Shown: positions 1-7,032 of the stretch, one piece after another
Layout of the letters: every line of letters starts with the position of its first letter
Position numbering within the stretch: position 1 is the stretch's first letter
Assembly (NCBI GenBank): GCA_964358525.1
Contig: CAYHPU010000002.1
Location: 1-38,186, forward strand
Origin: an uncultured Gammaproteobacteria bacterium
Lineage (GTDB): Bacteria; Patescibacteriota; Microgenomatia; UBA1406
DNA: 38,186 bases
Direction: 5' to 3'
Translations under genes and position numbers: made by a program
The notes under the pieces: model-generated
The model's input: the letters and a program-made list of their open reading frames with translations, nothing else
Databases searched by the model: none
Told to the model about the DNA's origin: nothing

Positions 1-35
1 TCTTGATCTACCGCTCTATTTCAATCAAAAGCGAG

Positions 36-51
36 ACCGTTTTTGAACGGT
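36..51 (-). terminator. Weak hairpin (ACCGTT/AACGGT) followed by a T-rich tract, downstream of the tRNA-Gln 3' end
   Basis: 6-bp inverted repeat at 36-41/46-51. On the minus strand it is followed by CTCGCTTTTG. Confidence 0.3.
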
Positions 52-54
52 ACC

Positions 55-128
55 TGGCTGGGGAACAGGGATTCGAACCCCGATAAACAGCTCCAAAGGC
101 TGCTGTCCTACCATTAGACGATTCCCCA
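55..128 (-). tRNA. tRNA-Gln (anticodon UUG), with encoded CCA
   Basis: The reverse complement folds by hand into a cloverleaf. Acceptor stem is TGGGGAA/TTCCCCA, T arm is CGGGG-TTCGAAT-CCCTG, and the anticodon arm is GCAGC-CTTTGGA-GCTGT with TTG in the anticodon position. The 3' end is G-CCA. Confidence 0.9.
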
Positions 129-328
129 ATTTATTAAGTAGCTAGTAGTTCGAAGTTAGTATTTAGTATAAAATACAGTCTATATTGTAACGACAAGGTA
201 GCGTAAATACAATTTAAGTTTTAAATATGAAGTGTTTTATAATGTAGAAGAATGTCAGAAAGTGAAGAAAACGTAGTTTGGATAATTGATTGGGTAAGAA
301 TTTGCCATTCTCAACTGTTTAATTTATT

Positions 329-337
329 TGATATCAT
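329..337 (+). promoter_or_regulatory. Extended -10 element (TGaTATCAT), 6 nt upstream of the ATG at 344
   Basis: TGnTATCAT motif with no Shine-Dalgarno between it and the start codon. Confidence 0.45.
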
Positions 338-343
338 ACTTGT

Positions 344-1360
344 ATGAAGTTTCCTAGATCAAAAAAACTTCTTTTTGCAAATAATAAAGGTGGCGTAGGA
401 AAAACTACTCTAGCTTATAATACAGCAGTTTCCTTTGCTAAAGAAGGTTATAAAACTGTCCTTATTGATCTTGACCCACAATGTAATTTATCTAGACTTG
501 CTTTAGGCGATAGGAATTATACCCAGAACCTATTCTCATCAACTTATAAAGACATATCTGATGTCCTAAAAGGCGTTGTTCGAGGAGGAGCTGACATAGA
601 TCTAACTGTACCTTTTATTAGGGTTAATACTGTTCAAAACCTCCTGTTATTAAAAGGTAGTGTGAATTTGTCCCAATATGAAAACCTACTCACAACTGCA
701 TATGGTCAAGCAGCCTCTGGCCAACAACTCGGTTATTTTCAAACAAGTGCCATAGATAGATTTCTACGAGAAAAGGGCTTAAATGAAGAAGTAGATATTT
801 TTGTAATAGATACATCTCCAAGCTTAGGGCTACTAAATCAAATTATTTTTCTAGGATCGGACTATTTTGCTGTTCCGATGATGCCAGACGCATTTAGTGT
901 TCAAGGTATAGAAAACCTTGGTAGCATGTTTGAAAAATGGAAGCAAAATTGGAAAATAACTGGTAAGGCTCTTTCCGGCAGCACGGAGAGTAAATTTGTT
1001 TTAGCAGGCGATGGGTTATTTATTGGATATATAATTAACTCCTACAACGTTTATGCTAAACAACCAATAAAAGACCATAGGCATTGGATTGAAGAAATTC
1101 CAAAGAAGGTAAAGCTTTTTCTATCAGAAAAACACGGGCGGAATGGACTGGTAGAAAAAAGCTGGAGTGAGCCATTAGCTGAAATTCAAGATTACGGACG
1201 TATTCCAGCTAAATGCCAGGAAATAGGTGTTGCTATTTTTGACCTGGACCCAAGCCTTGTTGAAGATATCCAAATTGGAACAAAAGAAAATATTGAGAAA
1301 TCTAAAGAGGAATTTGCAAATTTATCACGAAAAATTCTTCAGATCCTAAAGGAATATTGA
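344..1360 (+). CDS. ParA/MinD-family P-loop ATPase (orphan, no adjacent ParB)
   Basis: Deviant Walker A NNKGGVGKTT near the N-terminus, followed by DLDPQ and VIDTSPS motifs. 338-aa ORF. Confidence 0.85.
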   Translation: MKFPRSKKLLFANNKGGVGKTTLAYNTAVSFAKEGYKTVLIDLDPQCNLSRLALGDRNYTQNLFSSTYKDISDVLKGVVRGGADIDLTVPFIRVNTVQNLLLLKGSVNLSQYENLLTTAYGQAASGQQLGYFQTSAIDRFLREKGLNEEVDIFVIDTSPSLGLLNQIIFLGSDYFAVPMMPDAFSVQGIENLGSMFEKWKQNWKITGKALSGSTESKFVLAGDGLFIGYIINSYNVYAKQPIKDHRHWIEEIPKKVKLFLSEKHGRNGLVEKSWSEPLAEIQDYGRIPAKCQEIGVAIFDLDPSLVEDIQIGTKENIEKSKEEFANLSRKILQILKEY

Positions 1361-1417
1361 TTAAAACACATAAAAGAATTTGCCAACCTCGGGGAGTACC
1401 CAAGGTTGGCTAGGTAC

Positions 1418-1507
1418 TTACTCACCGTACCTTTTCTTTCTGCTGCAAACTGGCGGGAAATGCCAGCATTTGCAGATCCTGCAGTAAACTTTTTTTACTG
1501 CGCGCAT
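1418..1507 (-). CDS. Candidate 29-aa basic Cys-rich peptide (MRAVKKVYCRICKCWHFPPVCSRKKRYGE); may instead be part of a structured sRNA
   Basis: GGAGG at 1518-1522 lies 10 nt upstream of the ATG. An extended -10 (TGCTATAAT) is at 1567-1575 on the minus strand. A strong hairpin at 1382-1410 starts 7 nt after the stop. The N-terminus loosely resembles bL36 (VKKxCRxCK), judged from memory only. Confidence 0.35.
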   Translation of the reverse strand: MRAVKKVYCRICKCWHFPPVCSRKKRYGE

Positions 1508-1566
1508 TTGTAGGTATCCTCCTTTCCACGAGATGATGTGCAAGGCTGCATGCACATCTGGGGCAG

Positions 1567-1575
1567 ATTATAGCA
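1567..1575 (-). promoter_or_regulatory. Extended -10 (TGCTATAAT) driving the minus-strand transcript across 1560-1375
   Basis: Reverse complement of 1567-1575 reads TGCTATAAT. Confidence 0.45.
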
Positions 1576-1590
1576 TAGCAAAAGCTTACT

Positions 1591-1599
1591 CTGGTATAA
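1591..1599 (+). promoter_or_regulatory. Extended -10 (TGGTATAAT) upstream of the PhzF-like pseudogene
   Basis: Same 9-mer as at 6251-6259, and as on the minus strand at 11500-11508. Confidence 0.45.
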
Positions 1600-1620
1600 T
1601 TTTACTAGTCTAAAAAGTAT

Positions 1621-2290
1621 ATGAATATTAATACAGTTCGAGTTTTTGTTAATGACGAAGGTATTTTCGGTAATCCTGTTGGAATTATGCTAGACGAAGG
1701 AAAGAGAATTGATATTAAGGAACGTCAGAGAATTACGACAGAATCTGGCTACAGTGAGTGTGTTTTTATCAACGATCTTAAAACAAGTAACATAATCCAT
1801 TCATAATCCTCAAGAAGATATTGCTTTTGCAGGACACGCCATAGTTGGTGCTTCGTGATTTTTAGGAAAATTTATGAATTTGCCCCATAATTACATTGTT
1901 TGTGGCAAACAAAAAATTGAAACGTGGTTTAAGAAAGATTGTGCATGGATACGTGCACCTTTGTCTGTCACACCTACGTGGAAGATTACACAATTGGGTT
2001 CTAATCTTGAGGTTGAGCAGCTCTCCCCTACCGAAACTAGAAAAATGAAGCATACAGTTGTATGGGCATGGATTGATGAAAAGAGAGGTATTATTCGTGC
2101 GCGCACGTTTGCGCCAGATTGGGGAATTCCTGAAGACGAGGCAAACGGGTCGGGAGCTATGAAACTTGCTGCTAAACTTGACAGAGAAATTGCTGTACTA
2201 CACGGAAAGGGATCGGTAATTTACGTTAATCCAAGTAAGAAAGATTGTGTATCACTTGGCGGCAAAGTAAAGTATGACTTTCAGTTTTAA
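1621..2290 (+). pseudogene. PhzF-family epimerase/isomerase, disrupted by a frameshift near 1796-1805 and an in-frame TGA at 1856-1858
   Basis: Fragments read FVNDEGIFGNPVGIM..SECVFI (frame 1), then NPQEDIAFAGHAIVGAS-stop-FLGK and RTFAPDWGIPEDEANGSGAMKLA (frame 2). These match the PhzF-family motif order. Confidence 0.7.
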
Positions 2291-3726
2291 TGATGAAGGT
2301 TTCCGACACTGAGCTTACCTTTAAAGTTGGTCAAAAGGTATTCAAGTACCAACCAGTCATCACCTTTCAGGCCGTCCGTACTTACCGAGTCTATATGAAG
2401 GTTTTCTACTCCATACCTACTCATCACATTTAAACAGTGTACACAAGGAGCTGCACTTGTCCACAAATAGCCCATTGAAAATGGTACGGTTTCTGTTCTA
2501 CCAACTTTTGTCAGCGGGACCTTAAGTAGGAATTTTTTTTCGCCATTACTTTTCATTCCCCACGCAATAACATGTTCTTCATCAAGCACAACCTTAATAG
2601 TTGAGAAGTTCTTAGTATCAATTCCAGCACCTTCAAAATTACTGAATAAATAACTAAAAAATTTGTAGGTTGTTCCATTCCACATTCGATTTAAGCCTAG
2701 GCGGTTATCAATAATTAGCTTTTTCTGTAAGTAGGCTCCATTATCTGTTGGGATAAGGTAAACAAGGTCAGAACACGGTGCAATTCGTCCATCTGTTAAT
2801 TCTGTTTCACTATTCTCTATAGCAACAAGATAAGATTCCTTTATACCCAATGTTAGTGGAATCAGGTATGCCATTTGTGTTCGAAAAATTGCCTGAGACT
2901 CTGCACAATTTGAAGGGCAGCGCTGCCTTCCAAATACACCTGGTGGGTTTAGATCCTGTTGTGAGTAACTAGCTCCGTTACTCGAATACTTATGCATTAA
3001 ACAAGTGTGATACTCTCTTGACGAAGAAAGGACAACAGAATATAGCGACGCAATAGACTCAGCACCCTTATTTGCCATGTTAGTAAGGTCTAAACAGTTC
3101 GGCGCCCAAGCATTAGGAAAATTATTTCCTCTATTGCGCAACATAATATAGGCCGTTTCAGTTATGATATTAGTAAGCTCTGCCTCATCAATCCTGTTTA
3201 TTATAAAACCACGAGATACAAGTGCGTCCACAATAGATTCACACATATACATCATTTCCTGTTCATGCGTCAATTCCATAAACTCATGTCCACCCGAACT
3301 TCCTACTGCACCGAAAGTGTAGTGTATCGAGTTTACATCAACGGAAGTTCGAGCAAACGCCTCAACGTTGCGATAGGAGCAAGTACCAAAAACTGGTAAC
3401 GCTTCCTTATTTCCGTTAATCCATATTAGAATCTCTTCTGATCTTTTCTCCTCCTCCAAATTTGATTGTCCAGATAATTCTTCTAATTGTCTGCGAATCT
3501 CATGCTCACCAATCGTTGGTACTACACACATCGTATTCAAAAATTTGTGAAGACCTCTGAATGAATCTTGTTGTGCAGGCATAGAGCCAAACTGTGTTTG
3601 AGGTGATCTGTAATAGCCTTGAAGTGATCTTAAAGCTGCGACTCGAGACGCATAGTCACCTCCACTATAGAAAAGTGGTTTTTCACCCAAAGTAGGATAT
3701 AAACGTTCTACGATACGGTCAGCCAT
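2287..3726 (-). CDS. Hypothetical 479-aa protein; C-terminal half carries cytidine-deaminase-like motifs (NCAESQAIF ... PCVHC)
   Basis: Long uninterrupted ORF. NCAE is encoded at 2899-2910 and PCVHC at 2434-2448. No signal peptide or TM segment is visible. Confidence 0.75.
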   Translation of the reverse strand: MADRIVERLYPTLGEKPLFYSGGDYASRVAALRSLQGYYRSPQTQFGSMPAQQDSFRGLHKFLNTMCVVPTIGEHEIRRQLEELSGQSNLEEEKRSEEILIWINGNKEALPVFGTCSYRNVEAFARTSVDVNSIHYTFGAVGSSGGHEFMELTHEQEMMYMCESIVDALVSRGFIINRIDEAELTNIITETAYIMLRNRGNNFPNAWAPNCLDLTNMANKGAESIASLYSVVLSSSREYHTCLMHKYSSNGASYSQQDLNPPGVFGRQRCPSNCAESQAIFRTQMAYLIPLTLGIKESYLVAIENSETELTDGRIAPCSDLVYLIPTDNGAYLQKKLIIDNRLGLNRMWNGTTYKFFSYLFSNFEGAGIDTKNFSTIKVVLDEEHVIAWGMKSNGEKKFLLKVPLTKVGRTETVPFSMGYLWTSAAPCVHCLNVMSRYGVENLHIDSVSTDGLKGDDWLVLEYLLTNFKGKLSVGNLHH

Positions 3727-3834
3727 TTAGTATATTTACTAATATTCGTATATTATATCATCGAGCGGCTAATACAGCCTTAAACCACTAGTTTTTTTGC
3801 AAACGATGATACATATACTAACGCAAGATGTTTT

Positions 3835-4626
3835 ATGATAACATGGATATGTAGTTACCAGTTATTTATATATATGTACATTGCAATTGGTGTAATAATT
3901 ATAATTCTCGGATTTGTTTCTCTACGCGTTATAAAAGAGTATGACCGCGGTGTAATATTTTTTTTGGGCAAGTGTACAGGTGCCCGCGGTCCGGGTCTTA
4001 TTATTCTTATCCCAATTATTGAGCAAATGGCACTGGTTGGACTTAGAACTGTCACGATGGACATTCCTTCTCAAAAAATTATTACCAAAGACAATGTTTC
4101 CATAGATATTGCAGCTGTTGCGTATTATCATATTGTCGACGCACAGAAATCGGTTATTTCTATTGAAGATGTGTACTCTGCAGTACTGCAAATTAGTCAA
4201 ACAACAGTACGAAACGTGGTTGGGCAATTTAAGTTGGACGAACTTTTATCGCAAACTCCTTTAATTAACAAGAAAATCAAAGATGTTATAGATTCTCACA
4301 CAGAACCGTGGGGCGTACAAGTGACCGTTGTTGAGATAAAAGACATTACGTTACCCGAAAATATGCAGCGGGCTATGGCAAAGGAAGCTGAGGCCGAACG
4401 AGAACGACGAGCTAAAATTGTAGCTGCTGAAGGTGAGTTTCAAGCGGCAGTTAAACTCGGTGAGGCTGCAGACATTATTTCTAGCCACCCTGTTGCATTA
4501 CAATTACGTACGTTGCAAACCATGGCAGAGATAAGCGTTGAGAAAAATTCCACCATTATCTTTCCAGCTCAATTTATGACCACAGTTTCAGAGGCAATAA
4601 AGATGATAAAAGGTGACAGTGCATAA
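3835..4626 (+). CDS. SPFH/band 7 (stomatin-like, slipin) membrane protein
   Basis: N-terminal TM segment, then VIKEYDRGVIFFLGK...DIPSQKIITKDNV and an Ala/Glu-rich coiled region AKEAEAERERRAKI. An alternative start is possible at 3874. Confidence 0.88.
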   Translation: MITWICSYQLFIYMYIAIGVIIIILGFVSLRVIKEYDRGVIFFLGKCTGARGPGLIILIPIIEQMALVGLRTVTMDIPSQKIITKDNVSIDIAAVAYYHIVDAQKSVISIEDVYSAVLQISQTTVRNVVGQFKLDELLSQTPLINKKIKDVIDSHTEPWGVQVTVVEIKDITLPENMQRAMAKEAEAERERRAKIVAAEGEFQAAVKLGEAADIISSHPVALQLRTLQTMAEISVEKNSTIIFPAQFMTTVSEAIKMIKGDSA

Positions 4627-4627
4627 T

Positions 4628-5002
4628 ATGCACATCAGAAGTATCGACCATATTGAGCTTACGGTAAAGGACTTAATAGTATCTAGTGAATTCTACAAAA
4701 GGCTTCCTGGATTTAAAGTAGTGGCCTCATATCCAAATTTCATCATGTTTTCGTGTGGTAATTTCAAACTTGGACTAACCGATCATAAAGGTCGCTTAAC
4801 TTCTGATAGTTTCAAGGAAACCAACATTGGCATGGACCACGTATCGTTTACGGTATCTAAACGGGAAGATTTGGATGAAGCGATAGAGTTTTTTTCGTCT
4901 GAGAATATTCCACATGGTGAAATTAAGAAATTATCTAACGGTACTTACGTTCTCGCCTTCCGCGACCCCGATAATATTCAACTAGAGCTCACATACAAAT
5001 AA
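4628..5002 (+). CDS. VOC/glyoxalase-bleomycin resistance family protein
   Basis: IDHIELTV, MDHVSFTV and AFRDPDNIQLEL fit the paired beta-alpha-beta-beta-beta motifs. ATG at 4628 is preferred over the overlapping GTG at 4613. Confidence 0.75.
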   Translation: MHIRSIDHIELTVKDLIVSSEFYKRLPGFKVVASYPNFIMFSCGNFKLGLTDHKGRLTSDSFKETNIGMDHVSFTVSKREDLDEAIEFFSSENIPHGEIKKLSNGTYVLAFRDPDNIQLELTYK

Positions 5003-5009
5003 TAGACCC

Positions 5010-5729
5010 ATGTACTTCGTATATATACTTCGCACTTATGAAAATACGCTTTACACTGGAATAACAAAGAATCTCAAGCGACGGTTGCACGAGCACAATC
5101 ATGTTAAATCGAGAGCTGCACAATATACATGGGTGAGAAGGCCGGTAGAGCTTGTTTACAACGAGGAATATTCTACAATTGGCCTTGCTATGAAAAGAGA
5201 AAGAGAGATTAAGAAGATGACGAGAGATAAGAAGTTAAAATTAATAGGGGGAGGTAAGATTCTGGGAGTGGATCCCCGTGTCAAGCACGAGGATGACATA
5301 ATTGTAAAGAACTATTCCGATAATGACTACACTTCTATAAAGAATATTCTTCAGGAGGCGCAGTTGTTTGACGAGACGTGGGATTCTCCAGAAAATCTAT
5401 TTGGAATGATAAAGCAGCATAAAGACGCTGTTCTCATTGCGGTTGTTGGCAAGAATATCGTCGGAGTTGTCTACTTGATCCCCTTTGGTCCAAAGTTTAT
5501 TCAGCTATTTAGGCTGGCTGTAAAAAAAGAATACCGAAACCTAGGTATTGCAACAAAGCTTCTAAACAAAGCTCATGAAGTTGCAAAAAAACGAGGAGTT
5601 CTCGAAACTGGACTATTTGTTGAGTCTGTAAAAAGTGATTTGCAAAGTTTTTATAAAAAACGGGGATTTGGCGGTTCTAAAAAAGAATATGTGTTTATGT
5701 GGAAAGCAATTGACAAAAATAATGTATAG
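5010..5729 (+). CDS. Fusion protein: N-terminal GIY-YIG (UPF0213-like) nuclease domain plus C-terminal GNAT acetyltransferase domain
   Basis: YFVYIL..LYTGIT..RRLHEHN..REREIKK is followed by the linker GVDPRVKHEDD, then LFRLAVKKEYRNLGIATKLL (GNAT motif A). Confidence 0.8.
   Translation: MYFVYILRTYENTLYTGITKNLKRRLHEHNHVKSRAAQYTWVRRPVELVYNEEYSTIGLAMKREREIKKMTRDKKLKLIGGGKILGVDPRVKHEDDIIVKNYSDNDYTSIKNILQEAQLFDETWDSPENLFGMIKQHKDAVLIAVVGKNIVGVVYLIPFGPKFIQLFRLAVKKEYRNLGIATKLLNKAHEVAKKRGVLETGLFVESVKSDLQSFYKKRGFGGSKKEYVFMWKAIDKNNV
5270..5297 (+). repeat. GC-rich palindromic repeat (GGATCCCCGTG-TCAAG-CACGAGGATGAC), translated in frame as the domain linker of 5010..5729
   Basis: Shares the GGATYCCCG...CGRGRATGAC frame with copies at 11899-11958 and 28769-28793. 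A degenerate relative lies at 8633-8657. Confidence 0.6.
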
Positions 5730-5744
5730 CCTTAATATGCAACT

Positions 5745-6071
5745 ATGATCACCGACAAAGATGCTGTGAAATTAAAGAAAGAGTTTTCGAAAGTATTTGC
5801 TACTAAAAACGAACTTAGTAAAATAGAGACCTCATTACGAAGTGATCTGAAACAGTTGGAGTCTAGAATTGAGAAAAGCGAACTGACATTGAAAAAGGAA
5901 ATAGAAAATTCTGCTCAATCTATTATTACAGCAATTTCAGATGTTGTTGAGTCGTTCGGGATTGGAATAAAAGGTTTACAGACAGACTCGGTAGAAAAGA
6001 ATGACATCTTAAATGACCACGAATTACGACTCGAAAAGCTTGAGAAAAATACTAATATTCTCCATTCTTAA
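5745..6071 (+). CDS. Hypothetical coiled-coil protein
   Basis: 108-aa ORF with heptad-like Lys/Glu/Leu-rich sequence. A TAATAT hexamer lies 6 nt upstream of the ATG. Confidence 0.55.
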   Translation: MITDKDAVKLKKEFSKVFATKNELSKIETSLRSDLKQLESRIEKSELTLKKEIENSAQSIITAISDVVESFGIGIKGLQTDSVEKNDILNDHELRLEKLEKNTNILHS

Positions 6072-6078
6072 TAACGGA

Positions 6079-6243
6079 ATGTCTAGTAAAACTGCTGTTA
6101 TGATTGGAATGTCCATAGGCTCTATTGCTGGTGGGTATGCACCAGTATTTTTTGGATTCAGCGCGTTTTCCTTCGTATCCATTATCACCAGTGCTATTGG
6201 CGGGCTACTAGGAATATTTATTGCGTTTAGGCTGACTGAGTAA
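6079..6243 (+). CDS. Small Gly-rich membrane protein (two predicted TM segments)
   Basis: MSSKTAVMIGMSIGSIAGGYAPVFFGFSAFSFVSIITSAIGGLLGIFIAF. Start is placed at the first ATG after the upstream gene's stop. Confidence 0.5.
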   Translation: MSSKTAVMIGMSIGSIAGGYAPVFFGFSAFSFVSIITSAIGGLLGIFIAFRLTE

Positions 6244-6250
6244 GCTAATC

Positions 6251-6259
6251 TGGTATAAT
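6251..6259 (+). promoter_or_regulatory. Extended -10 (TGGTATAAT), 6 nt upstream of the ATG at 6266
   Basis: Exact TGGTATAAT with no SD before the start codon. Confidence 0.5.
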
Positions 6260-6265
6260 TACCAC

Positions 6266-6967
6266 ATGGCTACTGAAATTCAACCCGAGGCTCATTTTTT
6301 TGATGCGGATGACACCCTTGAAAACAGGCAGTTTCTTGCACGTCTATGGCAAGTTCTAAGAGTATATTTTGGTGGAGCTAAAATGTTGGACAAATTACTC
6401 ATAGAGTATAGCAGCGAGGAAGATATTCCTCAGTATAGTCCTGGATCGTCGGAAGATTCTGATCTGAAGTTACATTGGAAAGACCTGTCCTAACCTCTTA
6501 AACTTCCCGGTAAGATCAGCGAACTTGCTTCAAAATATTTTCATTCAACACGAACTGTTGTTCCTGGAGTTATAGGTCTACTTCAACAACTTTCAGAAAT
6601 GAATATGCCAATAAATTTAGTCACTGGTCGACGCAATCACAAGAGCTGGATCGAGATGACTGAAAAGAATTTTATGCAAAATGGTATAGGTACCTTTTTT
6701 CAGGAGAAGTTCTTTACCCCGAAAGGGACAAAATCCGCTTTAAATAAAGCAATTGTCGTAAAGGATCAACTAAAGAAATATCAAACTGTCAATTTCTATG
6801 AGGATGACGTTGAAACTGCTGTTTTTCTCGCATGGATTTTCGAAGAGAGAATTAAGGTCCATCTTATTTACCACTCTATTAATAAGCCCCTCTACGCCAA
6901 ACTACAAATAAGAGACTTCCCAAATATAGAGCTTCTCAACGTAACTGAGAAGTACGCCAAGTCTTAG
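6266..6967 (+). pseudogene. HAD-superfamily hydrolase interrupted by a single in-frame TAA (6491-6493)
   Basis: ORFs 6266..6493 and 6599..6967 are in the same frame, and the 6494-6598 bridge has no further stop. Motif I is FFDADDT, motif II is INLVTGR, and motif IV is FYEDDVE, in canonical order and spacing. Confidence 0.6.
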
Positions 6968-7032
6968 TAATGTGATACATCAAAATAGAATGCTAGGTTA
7001 CCCTAAGTAACTTAAGGATCTTAAGTGAATAA

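Noticed and set aside
33-50. The hairpin region near the window start (GAGACCGTTTTTGAACGG) resembles the pilC terminator at 38135-38156 (GAGACCGTTCAATTTTGGTCTC).
   Set aside because: Only the first 9 nt (GAGACCGTT) match and the stems differ. This is too short to call a repeat family.
1380-1565. The structured GC-rich region could be SRP RNA, 6S RNA, tmRNA or RNase P RNA.
   Set aside because: I could not find the SRP domain IV motifs, pairing of the 5' and 3' ends around a 6S-like central bubble, or tmRNA/RNase P conserved regions by eye. The class is left open pending a covariance-model search.
1791-1809. The direct repeat CATAATCC..CATAATCC looked like an 11-nt tandem duplication causing the PhzF frameshift.
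   Set aside because: Removing one 11-nt copy does not bring the downstream FAGH-containing frame into register with the upstream frame. The needed correction is +/-1 (mod 3), not 2. The duplication alone therefore cannot be the causal lesion.
1856-1858. In-frame TGA inside the PhzF-like gene (and in-frame TAA at 6491) raised the possibility of an alternative genetic code, such as TGA=Gly or Trp as in some CPR lineages and Mollicutes.
   Set aside because: TGA is the evident stop of several well-delimited conserved genes here: the ParA-like gene at 1358-1360, the nuclease at 8608-8610, pilN, the pilin at 29241 and the GT-C gene at 31608. Conserved proteins also translate full length under the standard code. 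Pseudogenisation is the simpler explanation.
1-3800. A tRNA-adjacent accessory region could be an integrated genomic island.
   Set aside because: There is no integrase, no direct repeat of the tRNA 3' end and no mobility genes in the window. The tRNA 3' end (position 55) also faces away from this region.
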